54,036 nt of DNA. It comes from Mycobacteriales bacterium. Lineage in GTDB: Bacteria > Actinomycetota > Actinomycetes > Mycobacteriales > SCTD01. The notes below the pieces were generated by a model that did no database searches, was not told the DNA's origin, and worked only from the letters and a program-made list of their open reading frames with translations. The position numbers and the translations under genes were made by a program. Location: contig JBBSKF010000005.1 of the NCBI GenBank assembly GCA_038256525.1, positions 1 through 54,036 on the forward strand, in the 5' to 3' direction. Of this stretch, positions 52,743 through 54,036 are shown piece after piece; positions within the stretch are counted from its first letter, which is position 1, and each line of letters opens with the position of its first letter.

Positions 52743-52852
52743 CAGGCAGCATAGTTTTTTTGCGCGGGAGCGGATAGCTTGTATCGGCCCATAGGCTCGG
52801 CCCCGCCGGCCTCGTAGTCGCGGAAGGCCGGTGTCGAGGTACGGGAGGCTCC

Positions 52853-53281
52853 ATGGGCATTACTCTTTCGGACGTAAAGCGTCTGAGGCTCGAGTATTCG
52901 CAGTTTCGACTCACGGGGCTCGAGCGACCCGGGGACGACCCCTCCGCGCCCACCTACGAACCTGACGCCCTATGGCTTCGACACAACCAACCAAGCGGAT
53001 ACGCACGAGTGACAGTAACAACTGGCACAGAGGCCGAGGGGCCAGGCGATGACTGGTATGGCCACCAGACACATTTTGTCAAAGCAAGTTCGTCGATCGG
53101 AATCCAGACCTGGGACGGAGGGCGAGTCGCTCAGTTCCACATTGCACCGGGGAACTACAAAATGATCTGCGCGTTTCGGCCGGCCACAATTACTGTCGAG
53201 CTAGAACTGACCTCTCTTGAGGAAGGCGTGGCCACGAGCGAACAGCGAATCCACTTCGTGCCCGTCGACTTCGATCACTAG
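52853..53281 (+). CDS. Hypothetical protein (lower GC; weak resemblance to immunity-like beta proteins)
   Basis: GGGAGG ribosome-binding site; YSQF, W, PG.Y pattern. Confidence 0.65.
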   Translation: MGITLSDVKRLRLEYSQFRLTGLERPGDDPSAPTYEPDALWLRHNQPSGYARVTVTTGTEAEGPGDDWYGHQTHFVKASSSIGIQTWDGGRVAQFHIAPGNYKMICAFRPATITVELELTSLEEGVATSEQRIHFVPVDFDH

Positions 53282-53317
53282 GGCGCCGGGTGGTCCCACC
53301 AAGCCTCACCCGGTGCC
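53282..53317. terminator. Hairpin between convergent genes
   Basis: GGCGCCGGGTG-N14-CACCCGGTGCC (one G-U pair), no U-tract. Confidence 0.45.
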
Positions 53318-53345
53318 GAAGGCGGGAACGGCTCTTATGACTCCC
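53318..53345 (+). repeat. Boundary motif copy D (supplies the TAA stop of the GNAT gene)
   Basis: GAAGGCGGGAA-CGGCTC-TTATGACTCCC. Confidence 0.55.
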
Positions 53346-53817
53346 CCGGGCTGGAGGCCATCGCCACGCCGAAGCGTCCTCGTCCCGCGGCTGCTACGTG
53401 GAAGCCGCACTTCATGTACAGGCGCAGGGCGACTGTGTTGCGCAGGTGCACGTTCAGCACCAGCACGGGGTGGCCGTGCATCCTCGCGTGTTCCAGCAGC
53501 GCCAGTAGAAGTGCCGTGCCCGCACCACCCCCACGTGCGTCCCGTTCAACGGCCATCGCGAGCTCGGGCGCTGTCGGTAGGCTCGGGACCACTGGGATCG
53601 TGCCTGCTCGCCACCATGCCGCTCCGACATTCCGGCCTGAGGACGTTGTTGCGACGAGCGCGCACCCGGCATTTGCCGGAAGCAGTACGGTCACCGCCTC
53701 GGCGTCCGGTGGCGGTAGGGGACGATCGTCCAACGTGGCAGCGTGACGAGCCATGTCGCGGATGAAGTCAGCATCCTCGGCTGCGGCAACCCGCACGTTG
53801 ACCTCAGTCGTCTGCAT
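53335..53817 (-). CDS. GNAT family N-acetyltransferase
   Basis: GAAWWR, PELAMAV...ARGGGAG..LL, LNV...N.VALRLY.KCGF. Confidence 0.85.
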   Translation of the reverse strand: MQTTEVNVRVAAAEDADFIRDMARHAATLDDRPLPPPDAEAVTVLLPANAGCALVATTSSGRNVGAAWWRAGTIPVVPSLPTAPELAMAVERDARGGGAGTALLLALLEHARMHGHPVLVLNVHLRNTVALRLYMKCGFHVAAAGRGRFGVAMASSPGES

Positions 53818-53882
53818 CGTGCGAGTCTGGCTGCCTCGAGGCGGCGTGGGAAGGCGTTAAAGCGTGTGCACTCATGACCTCG

Positions 53883-53910
53883 ACGGATGAACACGGCACT
53901 TACTCGCCGT
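53883..53910 (+). repeat. Boundary motif copy E (weaker)
   Basis: ACGGATGAACA-CGGCAC-TTACTCGCCGT. Confidence 0.35.
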
Positions 53911-54036
53911 TGGGCCGCTGCGGGCGAAGTCCAGGCTGGTGGTAGCGCCCTGGCACGCGTTCATCTCGCAGCCCCTGCACCTGACGGGTTGCACCGTCGC
54001 TGCCGCGAACAAGCAGCGTGTCGCCGTCAACCCAGA

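Noticed and set aside
49278-54036. CRISPR array or classical integron
   Set aside because: No regular repeat-spacer period, no cas or intI gene, and no clear RYYYAAC...GTTRRRY attC hairpins.

Overview
High-GC chromosomal segment from an actinomycete. Most of it is the conserved core region: nuoD paralog and MidA-like methyltransferase; pan/nad/coaX operon; lysS-lsr2-clpC-mutY; disA-radA; carD-ispDF-cysS-rlmB; tRNA-Thr; DUF3263-LytR_C-otsB; Cdc48-like ATPase; otsA; and a SAM-I riboswitch with a thrC-like gene. Accessory or unusual parts are an ATPase-nuclease, a secreted phosphoesterase, a cheB-cheR-cheW fragment with no kinase or receptor, a sortase F-DUF4331-TPR module, a YacL-like PIN/TRAM gene, a Bacillus/Clostridium-type SigH, and an aldolase-SDR-GT2-GT-C glycosylation module. 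The last ~4.8 kb is a run of small unrelated genes (GNATs, a lipoprotein, orphans). Their boundaries repeatedly carry a same-strand motif, AA-CGGCYC-YTA, with the geometry of a degenerate Xer/dif core. This is my best candidate for an undescribed cassette-accumulation system. All calls come from motif recognition by eye; no searches were run.
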